Part shown: positions 1 through 10,998 of the stretch, in pieces
Numbering within the stretch: position 1 is the stretch's first letter
Layout: each line of letters begins with the position of its first letter
Source: Macrostomum lignano
Lineage: Eukaryota
DNA: 64,000 bases
Reading direction: 5' to 3'
NCBI GenBank assembly: GCA_002269645.1
Contig: NIVC01001740.1
Span: 179,160 to 243,159, forward strand
Program-made: the position numbers and the translations under genes
The notes under the pieces: model-generated
Told to the model about the DNA's origin: nothing
Databases searched by the model: none
The model's input: only the letters and a program-made list of their open reading frames with translations

Positions 1-305
1 GTTGAAGCCTTTTTTGCACTGCCTTTATATAAGAAAAAAAAGAAACTGCATTTTAAGCCTTAAAATCATAAAACCCTAAAAGTGAGCATAGGGTATGATT
101 TTGCACCTTGTCTCTAGCAAAAAAGAAAACCCTACCCAAGTCAATCAATAAAATTAAATTAATAAAATTAAAATAATAAGTACAAAAAATTAATATATGT
201 TTCTAAAAATTTAATTTTTTATTTTAAAATTGATTTTAGACTATAAAGTATTTAGGCAAAGCAATGCATGTTTTTTTTATATTTGCGGGCCTATTATGAT
301 TAAAA

Positions 306-665
306 GGGGGCTGTAGCCAAGCGGTAGCATAGCTGCTCTGGTGTGCCAGCGACCTAGGCTCGATTCTAAGTGCAGTCACATTAATTTGGGGCTGAATTGG
401 AATCTTGGCTTGGCTCTCTGCTTGTGCAATTAATGGCCTTGAGAGCCAACCCCCAAGGCACAGTGAAGTATACATGCCTAACAATAAATAAAGTTAGGGC
501 CACTGTACACTCCTATGTAAATGTGCCTATATACGTATCCGCACGCTTGTGTGCCTGCTCAAGGGAGTTAATGGAATGGGCAGCAATGCCTCTCGCCAGT
601 TGTATGCCTATGTCGCTTAACGTGTGCCAGGGTGCACACAACCCCCTGCCTCTAATAAAAAAAAT
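306..665 (+). mobile_element. tRNA-derived SINE, family A, copy 1
   Basis: Box A-like GTAGCCAAGCGG and box B-like GCTCGATTCT head, A-rich tail (aataaaaaaaaa). Aligns over about 330 bp with the reverse complement of 14815-15141. Confidence 0.75.
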
Positions 666-2183
666 AGTATGATTAAACATTAGGCCTAATCTTAAAAGCT
701 ATGCCCTATAGCTATTAAATTCTAGACTTGGCCTAAATCAGATCAAATTTACAATAATCATTATTTATTTATAATAGCAACCTTAGGGATCTGCTAGGCT
801 AGCTATGCCAAAAACAGGTTGCAAGTGTAATTGCAAAGAATTATTTATAATGATTAATAATATTGTTTTTAAAAATGCAACAAGTCTAAAAGACGCTAAC
901 AGGCTTTTTTGAAGAAAATCATAAATGAATAGATTTTTAACAGATTAACTAGATTGACTAGTCACAATTCACAAAGTCAAGCTAGTCTTAACCTTAATTA
1001 AAATAGAAGGACCTAAATTGATAGTTATAGGCCTAGGCCTAGCTTAAAATAGGCCTAATAAGCATACATAAATAGATAAGACTAATAGGTAGGACTAAGA
1101 GGAAATTATGAACTTCTAAAGGACTATTTAAGTTTAAAAAATGAGTAGCCAATCTATGGACATGGCCATGGGATTCCTAGAAATTGGATAAGCCTAAATA
1201 AATTTATCATGGATGGATTTTACCAAAAGTATTAGGCCTATCTATGATGAAATACTGATTTATCTAATTTCTAATCCCATGGAGGCCATGGCCTTATAAG
1301 TTATTGCCTATAGGCTACGTCTACTAAAATTTTTAAGGTGCTTAAATAGCCATAAACAAGGCAATTTATCTTTCAAGGCCTTGAACCAAGACATTGACGA
1401 ATATAAAATAAAATAAATTTAATTTTAAAAAGCACGAAACGTTTTTTATTGTTCACTTCTATTTTGTCTATTTTAACAAACAGTATCTTATTTTCTGATT
1501 ATAATTTAGCTTTAAGATATTAATTTTTACTTAAAAGCATATAAATATAATAATTAATTATAGTAATTTCATAAAAACGTCTTAATGTGGTGTGTCACAG
1601 TTTTTTTATCGAAGTGGGTTCCATGTTGAATCAATATACGCTTATTTCTCATGAATTCCTTGTAAAATCCACATCAACATTAGGACAGTAAAAATTAAAA
1701 AATAGTGCATAAAAAATACTTTGCATACCATTATGTCATCTTTAAGTCATTAATTTGCAAAAATTAAAGAAACATTTAAATTCCACATGGCCACGTGGAA
1801 CCCACGTGGAATCCATGAATCATTTTTCACTGGGTTACTGCAAATTTAATTTAAGTGACATCGAATTTTCTTAAAAACGAGTCCTAGAAATAATTGCTGA
1901 GGAAGAAACGGCATCCCCCGTCACATGAATCAGGCGTTTCAACCGGAGACGGCTTCTAATTACCACAGACACAAGTGACTTCAAGACGCCGCGGAAGATT
2001 CTGTAATACAGTTGTAGCCTTAAACAGAGAATATCTTGTTAAAAATGAACTTCATGTTCTGTGAGTCATTTTGTTGATGGTCAAAGCCGAACTCCCGAAA
2101 CTGGAAGCGAAATCGTCCTCACTTCTCAGCTCCCACAGGTACAGCTAGTCCGCACCCGCTATCTATGAACAAGAAATACTCAC

Positions 2184-2514
2184 TGGCGTTGTACATGTAG
2201 AACTCGGTCTGCTGGTCCGCAATGGCACTCCACGACGGTTTCCAGTAGTAGACCGAAGCGTTAAACAGCTGGCACAGCATCGAGCTCACCGTCCAGTAGA
2301 AACCGAGGCAACTCGGCGTCTGGCAGCACCGGATCGAGCAACGAATGCTGCTGCCTTCGAGCACTTTGAATGCTGGGGGGAAACTGTTGCCACCAGCGGT
2401 GCCCACCTGAGTGTAGTAGCGGTCCTCCGAAGCGGTGGCTTGGTAGAACAGCAGCGTCACTACCACCAGGGTGCTCGCCAAGAAGACGAACAGCAAGCGT
2501 GCGACAGGAAGCAT
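2184..2514 (-). CDS. Exon encoding signal peptide + PAN/Apple-like domain (5' exon of a secreted lectin-like gene; no downstream exon found in window)
   Basis: ATG at 2514, hydrophobic leader (LLFVFLASTLVVVTLLF), Cys pattern CSIRCCQTPSCLGFYW...CQLF typical of PAN. GTGAGT donor at 2183 leaves 110 codons + 1 nt (phase 1). Confidence 0.7.
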
Positions 2515-3409
2515 GTCTGGGCTGGAAAATTGTCAACTTCAGTTGCGACTTTTTGGATAACGAGTTTTTTTATTTTGGTCGTTGATTATTCTGTTATATT
2601 GTTGCAGTCTGTTTTTATCAATTTTATGTTGCCATGCCAATTTGGTTGGGGATGTCAAACCGCGGGTACAGGATAAGCAAAAATTTCCATCCCAACAGGT
2701 GCTGCAGAGTGTACGGTAGCATTCCCTGTTGCTTGGTCAGCTTAATCTGTGAGCTCTTAGGTTCTCATCGGAGGGAGGGGTAAAAGTCATTACTGACCCT
2801 CTTGCAGAAGACTCACTCCGGCTCATGACTATAGCCTCACTCTTGTCATCCCAGTAGCCTAGCTCCGTCTTTCCAGTGGGTAGCCTGCCGATTCTGGCTC
2901 TTTAAGCTGGCTATCACGGACATTACATGTATAATGGATGCTCAGCTTTTAAACTGTTGAATCCCAATTCTTGAAAAAAAATTTTAATCATATTAATGTG
3001 CTTTTGGCAGAAGAGACTGCTTGCAATAAAACTCCTGACGTGGTTGGGGGGGGGGGGGGCAAGTGGCTACAAAGAGGCGCTGATTAAACCCCAATCAAAT
3101 TCAATATCCAATTAATATCCAACCAATTTATTGTGCTATAACACTATATATGGCTTTCCTAAATCCCTTGATGCCGCGCAAGGCAAGTTACGAGTATATG
3201 CTGGCACCCATCACACACACTCGCGTATATGCGCGTTTAGAAAATTGACTGCATTGGTCTGTTAAAAATGCGGCCCCTGCCTTCCCTTTCCTAGATATAC
3301 TGGCTACAGACCACAGACCAAGGACTTCTGGACTAGAAATTCATTTACGCATGCATCTGCATATACGCGATGTTTATTACGAGATTCCGTTTGTCTTGTC
3401 CATTTCTCT

Positions 3410-5140
3410 CGTGATAGAGAATGCTTGATGGCGCCAGAGAACACTTGATGGTGATAGAGAATGCTTGATGGCGCCAGAGAACACTTGATGGTGATAGAGA
3501 ATGCTTGGTGGCGCCAGAGAACGCTTGATGGTGATAGAGAATGCTTGATGGCGCCAGAGAACACTTGATGGTGATAGAGAATGCTTGATGGCGCCAGAGA
3601 ACGCTTGATGGTGATAGAGAATGCTTGATGGCGCCAGAGAACGCTTGATTTTGATAGAGTGTTTGATGGCGCCAGAGAACGCTTGATGGTGATAGAGAAT
3701 GCTTGATGGCGCCAAAGAACGCTTGATGGTGATAAGGAATGCTTGATGGCGCCAGAGAACGCTTGATGGTGATAAAGAATGCTTGATGGCGCCAGAGAAC
3801 GCTTGATGGTGATAGAGAATGCTTGATGGCGCCAGAGAACGCTTGATTTTGATAGAGAATGTTTGATGGCGCCAGAGAACGCTTGATGGTGATAGAGAAT
3901 GCTTGATGGCGCCATCAGAGAACGCTTGATTTTGATAGAGAGTGTTTGATGGCGCCAGAGAACGCTTGATGGTGATAGAGAATGCTTGATGGCGCCAGAG
4001 AACGCTTGATGGCGCCAGAGAAAGCATGATGGCACCACAGGTTGCGCCAGAGAATGCTTGATAGTGATAGAGGATGCTTGTGATAGCTGAGGATGCTTGA
4101 CGGTGATAGCTGAGGATGCTTGACGGTGATAGCTGAGGATGCTTGACGGTGATAGCTGAGGATGCTTGACGGTGATAGCTGAGGATGTTTGATGGTGATA
4201 GCTGAGGATGCTTGACGGTGATAGCTGAGGATGCTTGACGGTGATAGCTGAGGATGCTTGATGGTGATAGCTGAGGATGGTGGATGGTGATAGCCGAGAA
4301 TGCTGGATGGTGATAGCTGAGGATGCTTGATGGTGATAGCTGAGGATGCTTGATGGTGATAGCTGAGGATGCTGGATGGTGATAGCTGAGGATGGTGGAT
4401 GGTGATAGCCGAGAATGCTGGATGGTGATAGCTGAGGATGCTTGATGGTGATAGCTGAGGATGCTGGATGGTGATAGCCGAGAATGCTGGATGGTGATAG
4501 CTGAGGATGCTTGATGGTGATAGCTGAGGATGCTGGATGGTGATAGCTGAGGATGGTGGATGGTGATAGCCGAGAATGCTGGATGGTGATAGCTGAGGAT
4601 GCTTGATGGTGATAGCTGAGGATGCTTGATGGTGATAGCTGAGGATGCTGGATGGTGATAGCTGAGGATGCTGGATGGTGATACATGTAGCTGAGGATGC
4701 TTGATGGTGATAGCTGAGGATGCTTGATGGTGATAGCTGAGGATGCTTGATGGTGATAGCTGAGGATGCTTGATGGTGATAGCTGAGGATGCTGGATGGT
4801 GATAGCTGAGGATGGTGGATGGTGATAGCCGAGAATGCTGGATGGTGATAGCTGAGGATGCTTGATGGTGATAGCTGAGGATGCTTGATGGTGATAGCTG
4901 AGGATGCTGGATGGTGATAGCTGAGGATGCTGGATGGTGATACATGTAGCTGAGGATGCTTGATGGTGATAGCTGAGGATGCTTGATGGTGATAGCTGAG
5001 GATGCTTGATGGTGATAGCTGAGGATGCTATCACCAGCTGGATGGTGATAGGATGGTGATAGGATGCTTGATGGTGATAGCCGAGGATGCTGGATGGTGA
5101 TAGCCGAGAATGCTGGATGGTGATAGCTGAGGATGCTGGA
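3410..5140. repeat. Compound minisatellite: ~40-bp dimeric unit (gagaatgcttgatggcgccagagaacgcttgatggtgata) grading into a 23-bp unit (gctgaggatgcttgatggtgata)
   Basis: Tandem repeats visible directly; unit changes near 4060-4090. Confidence 0.95.
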
Positions 5141-6419
5141 AGGGATCGAGGACTGATCCCCGGTTGCAACAAATTATAATAAACGGCCCCCTAACTCCAC
5201 ACACTGATGCTCGCGCGTCATACACTGTACTGCAGGCGTAGCTCAGGATAAAAAGTATAAAATCATCAAACAAAAAAACTATGATTGAATAGAACCGATA
5301 GACCGACAAGACTTTGTTAAACGTCAAAGCATAACGACTACTCAAGTAGGACGGGAAAGTACGTTTCTTGGAAAATTTTAGAAGGCGGCTATAAGGTTTC
5401 ATTAGAGATTGTCGTTAAAAAAAGTAGGATTCTATGGTAATTTAACACCCTACGTAATTTAAAATAACTCAGAGCCCGACTCATTGGCTCTGAGAATCTA
5501 TTTTATTATTCTTATAGCTGACTGTGTAACAAAAGGTGTAACAGAATGTTAAAATGGATTCATAAAGAACCTTCTACTTGAGTAGTCCCATAGTCCTTGC
5601 GTCAAAGCATGTACGATCGTATATTAAAATAATTCTGGGTACATCTGTAGTATTACAGCTTATTTTTGGCCTAGGTGAAACAGCAAATCTAAAAAAATAC
5701 ATACGAGTATATAACAAGCGTAGCCTTTGAAAAACGCCAACAGGTTTCCAACAGTTAATTTATTTTTGACAAATCACGTACTATAACAAATAATTAAAAC
5801 ATTGAAAAGTGCTAGCTAACCATTGGTCTTCTTCTTCTGCTTGGCCAATTATTAATAGTGCTAAGTAATAAGTTCACATCGTCCTTTGCGCTTGTGAAAG
5901 CGACACATATTGAGAGGTATGCATCGAGCCTGGCGTGCAGATTTTCAGAGTTCTAGCTACATGTATACTGTATGTTTTACAAGCACACTCGTAAGAGCCC
6001 TCGGAGCTCTCCCCTAACATCTAAAATCTATAGCTATAAGCTTACGTTTCGCACGATCGGGCTCGTGTAATCTATTTAATTTTTTGTACCCCCGTCCATA
6101 TGGAGCCTCAATTGCATGTACTCCGCTTTTACGTTTAGAGCCCCTTATTAATCTAAAGTATAGTTACCTTCCAAATGTATTCGATTGGGTGAAGCAGTAG
6201 GCAGATGATCTGGTGGCGCCGATAATTCCTCTCCAGATTTGGATGGCCGTTGGCTTGAAAGCTCATTCGCCCTTTGACAGGTTTAAATGTTTTTATTCCT
6301 GCTGGTCCATACACCCGATCCTCACCCAGGTTTCCCTAGACGGGTGAGTCGGTTTAGTCGCCGACTATAATAACCAGACCATGAAACAGGTTTTATATGT
6401 TTGTACATGTTACCTGACC

Positions 6420-6625
6420 TGCAAACTATAATGACGGAAACGGTAGAGGGACTAAATGAGGTCGGAATCAGCTGCGAAGAGAATGGATCGGATGGACAAT
6501 AGAGAGGCTAAGAACGCGCCGTAGCTAAGGACAGGCAGTGGTGACGGAAACTGGTGTATGGATGGGGGTGCCCACGGCCATGACGGCTACAGTAAAGAAG
6601 ATCGAAGAAGAAGAAAAAGAAGAAA
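6420..6625 (+). mobile_element. Degenerate 3' end of an RTE/BovB-like LINE
   Basis: Translates to LQTIMTETVEG...AKDRQW*RKLV, resembling the RTE C-terminal motifs (G.VEG..R.GR; A.DR..WR..V). Followed by a (GAA)n tail. Confidence 0.45.
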
Positions 6626-6873
6626 TGCATTCGATAATCCATTGACATTTAAATGTAAGGAATCGCTATATGCATGAATATACTCGTATGGAGCCTTGAA
6701 ATTCCTCACTAATTCCGTTAAGTCCTATTCGACATTACGATCGAGCTGTATTGGCCTCATTTCATATAAGTTACTTAAACATAAGGAGACCCTGTCACAT
6801 TCCAGTTCAGCTATTATATAGACTATATTGAGCTCGAGTGAAACTCAAATACTTCATCAGCAGCAATCCTTCC

Positions 6874-7277
6874 TCACTCAATGTAGAACCCGTAAGGCTC
6901 GAACTCGCACATGGTCAGGTGTTTGGTGAGTTGGCTCACCAGTCGAACTTTACTTCCGGTCAAGCCGCAGGTCACGTTGGTCACAACAAAGTGTTGCGTC
7001 ACGTTCACTCCACCGCAGAAAACGTTGTCAACCAATATTTCAAAGTTGTTCAGTCGCTCTGGGAACATGTCAATCCTGTTGTAGATAGTGGCGTAGACGA
7101 TAACGGCTGTTTGGGCGAGATTGGCTTCCCACCACGGTTTGATCTCGCTGTTGGTGTGAATGCAAGAACCTCCAGCAAAAAAATTTGTATTCGTGTTGTT
7201 GTCCATGGCTCGTGTGCAAAAGGCACTATAGGCCGCTGAAATCTGGCTGCAGTTGAAGAAATGCAGTCTCTGAGGAG
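6874..7277 (-). CDS. Terminal exon encoding an F-type lectin (fucolectin/FTP) domain
   Basis: Contains the exact F-type fucose-binding motif H-x26-R-x-D-x4-R (H of CIHT...NRIDMFPER), plus RAMDNN, PWWEANL and MCEFEPY. The ORF extends 5' of the annotated ATG to a catttcag acceptor at 7278 (phase 1). Stop at 6874. Confidence 0.85.
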
Positions 7278-7428
7278 CTGAAATGAGATGCGTGAAATGA
7301 GGTTTACTGCAAATTTAATTTAAGTGACATCGAATTTTCTTAAAAACGAGTCCTAGAAATAATTGCTGAGGAAGAAACGGCATCCCCCGTCACATGAATC
7401 AGGCGTTTCAACCGGAGACGGCTTCTAA

Positions 7429-10108
7429 GCCCAACCACCTCGCTCTTGCCTGCCGTCAGCCTCGGCAGTCAAACAGCAGCCGGACCCCACAGCAGCAAAT
7501 CAGCACCAATGCTGTATTCACAGCTGCCGACGGCTCCGTCAACGTGGATGTGTTCGCGCTGTACAACCACGACAAATACCCATCCGACGTCTCACTGACC
7601 GTGCAGGTGGCAAACCGGCAACTTCCTATGATGATTGACAGCGGAGCCAGCTGGAGCATCATGAGTCTCCACACCTTCAGAGCGCTCAGCCTGCCAAGCC
7701 CACGCCCAACAAGAGCCGAAGTTCGTGCCTACGGGGTCCGACACCTCTCAGGATTGTGGGTACCACCAATCTTGACATCCAAGTGGGATCTGCCAGAACA
7801 ACCGCGACCTTCCACATCATGGACGGCGACGGGCTGACGATGCTGGGTCGCCAGCCTGCATTCAAGCTAGGAGTGCTGAAGATCCAGCGACCTGAAGCTA
7901 CCAAGCCGCAAAACATAAACGCCATCGCCGACACCACACCCTCCGAGCAGTATAGCGACCCCCAGCTCAAGGCCATCCTGCAGAGGCACAAAAAAGTCTT
8001 CAACGGCATCGGCTGCATCAAGGGAGTAGAGGTCCAGGTCCAGCTGTACGATGACGTTGTTCCAGTCTACCAGGCGCCCTCACGTGTGGCGGCGCACCTG
8101 AAAGAGGCCGTAGTGGACGAGCTCAAGGCTTTGGAGGAGCAGGGCACCATTGAGGCAGTCAAAGGTCCCAGCGCCTGGGTGTCATGCATGGTGGTGGTGC
8201 CCAAGGGCGACGGTGGCGTCAGAATCTGCCAGGACCTCCGTGATCTCAACGCTTTCGTCATCCCAGAGAAGCAGCAAATCCCCACGCCGGACGAAATCAC
8301 CGAGGAAATGGCAGACGCCAAGCTGTTCAGCAAACTCGATATCCGGAAGGCTTTTTATCAGATCCCAGTCCACGAGAGCAGCCGTCACCTCTTCACCTTC
8401 AGCACGCCCCTCGGACTGATGCGGCTCAAGAGGCTCAGCATGGGGTTCACAAATGCCTCGGAAATCCTTCAACGAGTCATGCTTGGCATCCTCAGTGGCA
8501 TCAACGGCGTCTGGTAGCCGCACGACGACGTGGTGGTGTACGCCCCCGACCTGAAGCAGCACCACGAGAGGCTGGACGCCTGCCTTCAGCACCTCCGAGA
8601 GTTCGGCATCAATCTCAATCAGGAAAAGTGCAGGTTCGCCCGGCCGACTGTCGAGTTTCTCGGCCGGATGCGCCTGACCGCCCGGGGCATGCAACCGGCC
8701 ACCGAAAAAATTGACGCTATGCAGAACTTCCGAGAGCCCTCCAACGTGGCCGACGTCCGCTCTTTCCTGGGAACCGCTAACTTCCTGGCAAAGTTCATCC
8801 CGAACTTCGCTGACCTCGCTGCCCCACTCCGGCAGCTGACGAAGAAGGGCCAGGCCTGGAAGTGGACAGAAAAACACACAGCGGCGTTCAACTGCATCAA
8901 GAAGGCAATCTCAGACGCGGACATGCTGGCCTTTTTCGACCGCGGGCTGCACACGGAGCTCCTGGTGGACGCATCGCCGATCGGCCTCGGCGCCATCCTC
9001 ACGCAGCGGCAGCCAGACGGCAACAGCAGACCCGTCGCCTACGCCAGCAGAGCCCTCTCGCCGGTGGAGTAGCGGTACGCGCAGATCGAGCGGGAGGCGC
9101 TGGCCATCAAATTTGGGTGTCTCAAGTTTGAGCACTATCTGGCTGGCGACCCAGACTTCACCGTGGTGACGGACCACCGACCGCTCGTGCCGCTTTTCAA
9201 GCCTGGCTCCCGTCCGCCACCGCGGATCGAGCGAATGGCGCTGCGCATTCAGCATCTCCGCTTCAACCTGCTTTAACGGCCAGGCTCGACCAACCCGGCT
9301 GACCAGCTGAGACGGCAGCCATTGCCAGAGCGGCGTCCGAATGTCGGTGAAGAGCTCGACGCCGCCTTCGTCAACGCCGTGTCGACCAGGGCCGTGCCGA
9401 AGGGCTTCAGTCTCGACCAGGTTCGGGAAGCATCGCGCATCGACACGGACGTCCAGGCGGCGCTGAATGCGATTCGAACCGGCCGCTGGGACATGCGAGC
9501 GGCAGCCCAGCGCTCCTTCAAGTCCATCAGCGGCGAACTGTCGGAAAGCGACGGACTATTACTTCGCGATGACCTCATCTTCATCCCCGAGTCGCTGCGC
9601 AGGCCGATCCTTCAACTGGCGCACACCGGTCATCTGGGCGCCGACCGCACCCTTAAACGCCTGCAGACGAAGGTGTGGCGGCCTCGGATGCGCAGCGACT
9701 GCGAGCTCTTCGTCCAGTGCTGCACACTGTGCCAGGCTGCGGCCACCGGATTGCGACAGACACCATTGAGGCTGACGGATATTCCGGACGGTGCTTGGCT
9801 GCTACTAGGCGTGGATTTCTACGGCCCAGTGCAGAGCCAGATGCTCCTGGTCACCAGCGACTTGTATTCTAAGTACCCAGAAGTCAATTTCCTCAACTCG
9901 ACGACGGCAAAGAGCGTGATCCCCCACCTGCGGAGGCTGTTCAGCAGGTACGGCGTCCCGATCGAGGTGGTCACCGACAACGGCCCGCCATTCAGCTCGG
10001 CAGCTTTCCGCAGCTTCCTCGCCTCGTACGGCATTTACCACCGCCTCATCTGCCCGCTGCGCCCAGAATCCAGCGGAGCGACGGAGCGAGTCAACTGCAG
10101 CATCGGGA
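7429..10108 (+). mobile_element. Ty3/Gypsy LTR retrotransposon internal fragment (gag knuckle end, PR-RT-RNaseH-IN), pseudogenised, no LTRs seen
   Basis: NHLALACR knuckle remnant; protease MIDSGAS; RT (VRICQDLRDLN, FSKLDIRKAFYQ, PHDDVVVY); RNase H (VDASPIGLGAILTQ, PVAYASRAL); integrase HHCC (HTGHLG...CTLC) and DDE (GVDFYGP, VTDNGP, GATER). Frameshift near 7735-7756; in-frame stops at 8515, 9070 and 9274. Confidence 0.95.
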
Positions 10109-10738
10109 AAAAAAATTGCTTTTCATTTTCAAACAAAAAGCAACTAAACCTAGTTAAATAAGTGAATATAAATGTAAAAAGGAAACAACAATGAAAAGCA
10201 ATCTTTTTGTTTTTTAAAAGCTTTTGAGGCCATTTAAGCTTGAAATATAAAAATCCAAAGTATATGATATTTCAAAGTAATAAAAGTAACCAAATTAACG
10301 CATGATATAATGTATCATATATATTTTAATATATCGCTATCTAGCAATAATTAACTATCTAGATATAAGTAATATAAAGCAAAGTAATCCATAAAACAAG
10401 TGTTGCATGCTCCAGATTACATGCAGTTGACTTAAGTCCAACTAATGTTGACACGAAACACATACTGAGTATGCTATAACTATTGAAAAGAATGGTTCTA
10501 CTGTAACGATAGGAAATAGAGAATTAAATAAAATACTAACATATAAAACAAAAGCATGCAAAGGCGTTACACATGCGTTATGCAAACGCATGGTGCGTGC
10601 ACGCTGTTAGCTTTACTGGAGATTTGAATAATTAACCAGTTTTTTAATTTGCTTTGAGCAAAGTATCGCGTCTAAAACGCACTAACTACACTAGCGTATA
10701 ATAACGCGCGTAATACGCGTGTTTTACGCGCTGTGTAT

Positions 10739-10998
10739 GGGCCTTTTCATATTGCTTGCTCTGGTTCCAGAACCAGAACCAATATGTGAAGTATAACTTT
10801 TTGTCTCCATAACTAGAGGGAAATACGTGCTATAAAGTTTTTATTATTGAATGACAATCGCCAAGAAGAAAGTGAAAAATTGTGCTAAGTTAGGTTGTTA
10901 AGGCAGTCAAATATTAACAGAGTTTAATAGTTATACTGCTGTTTTTCTTGGAATTCCAAACCGATTCTGGTTCTGGAATTGGTAATATGAAAAGGCCC
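10739..10998. mobile_element. PIF/Harbinger-like MITE (260 bp)
   Basis: TIRs GGGCCTTTTCATATT..TTCCAGAACCAGAA at both ends; 3-bp TSD TAT (10736-10738 and 10999-11001). Confidence 0.75.

Noticed and set aside
1960-2030. Possible small Cys-containing exon after the PAN exon
   Set aside because: Phase-1 continuation hits a stop within about 12 codons; no consistent donor found.
3304-5172. 622-aa and 522-aa minus-strand ORFs
   Set aside because: Translations of the 40/23-bp minisatellite; open in several frames with no domain.
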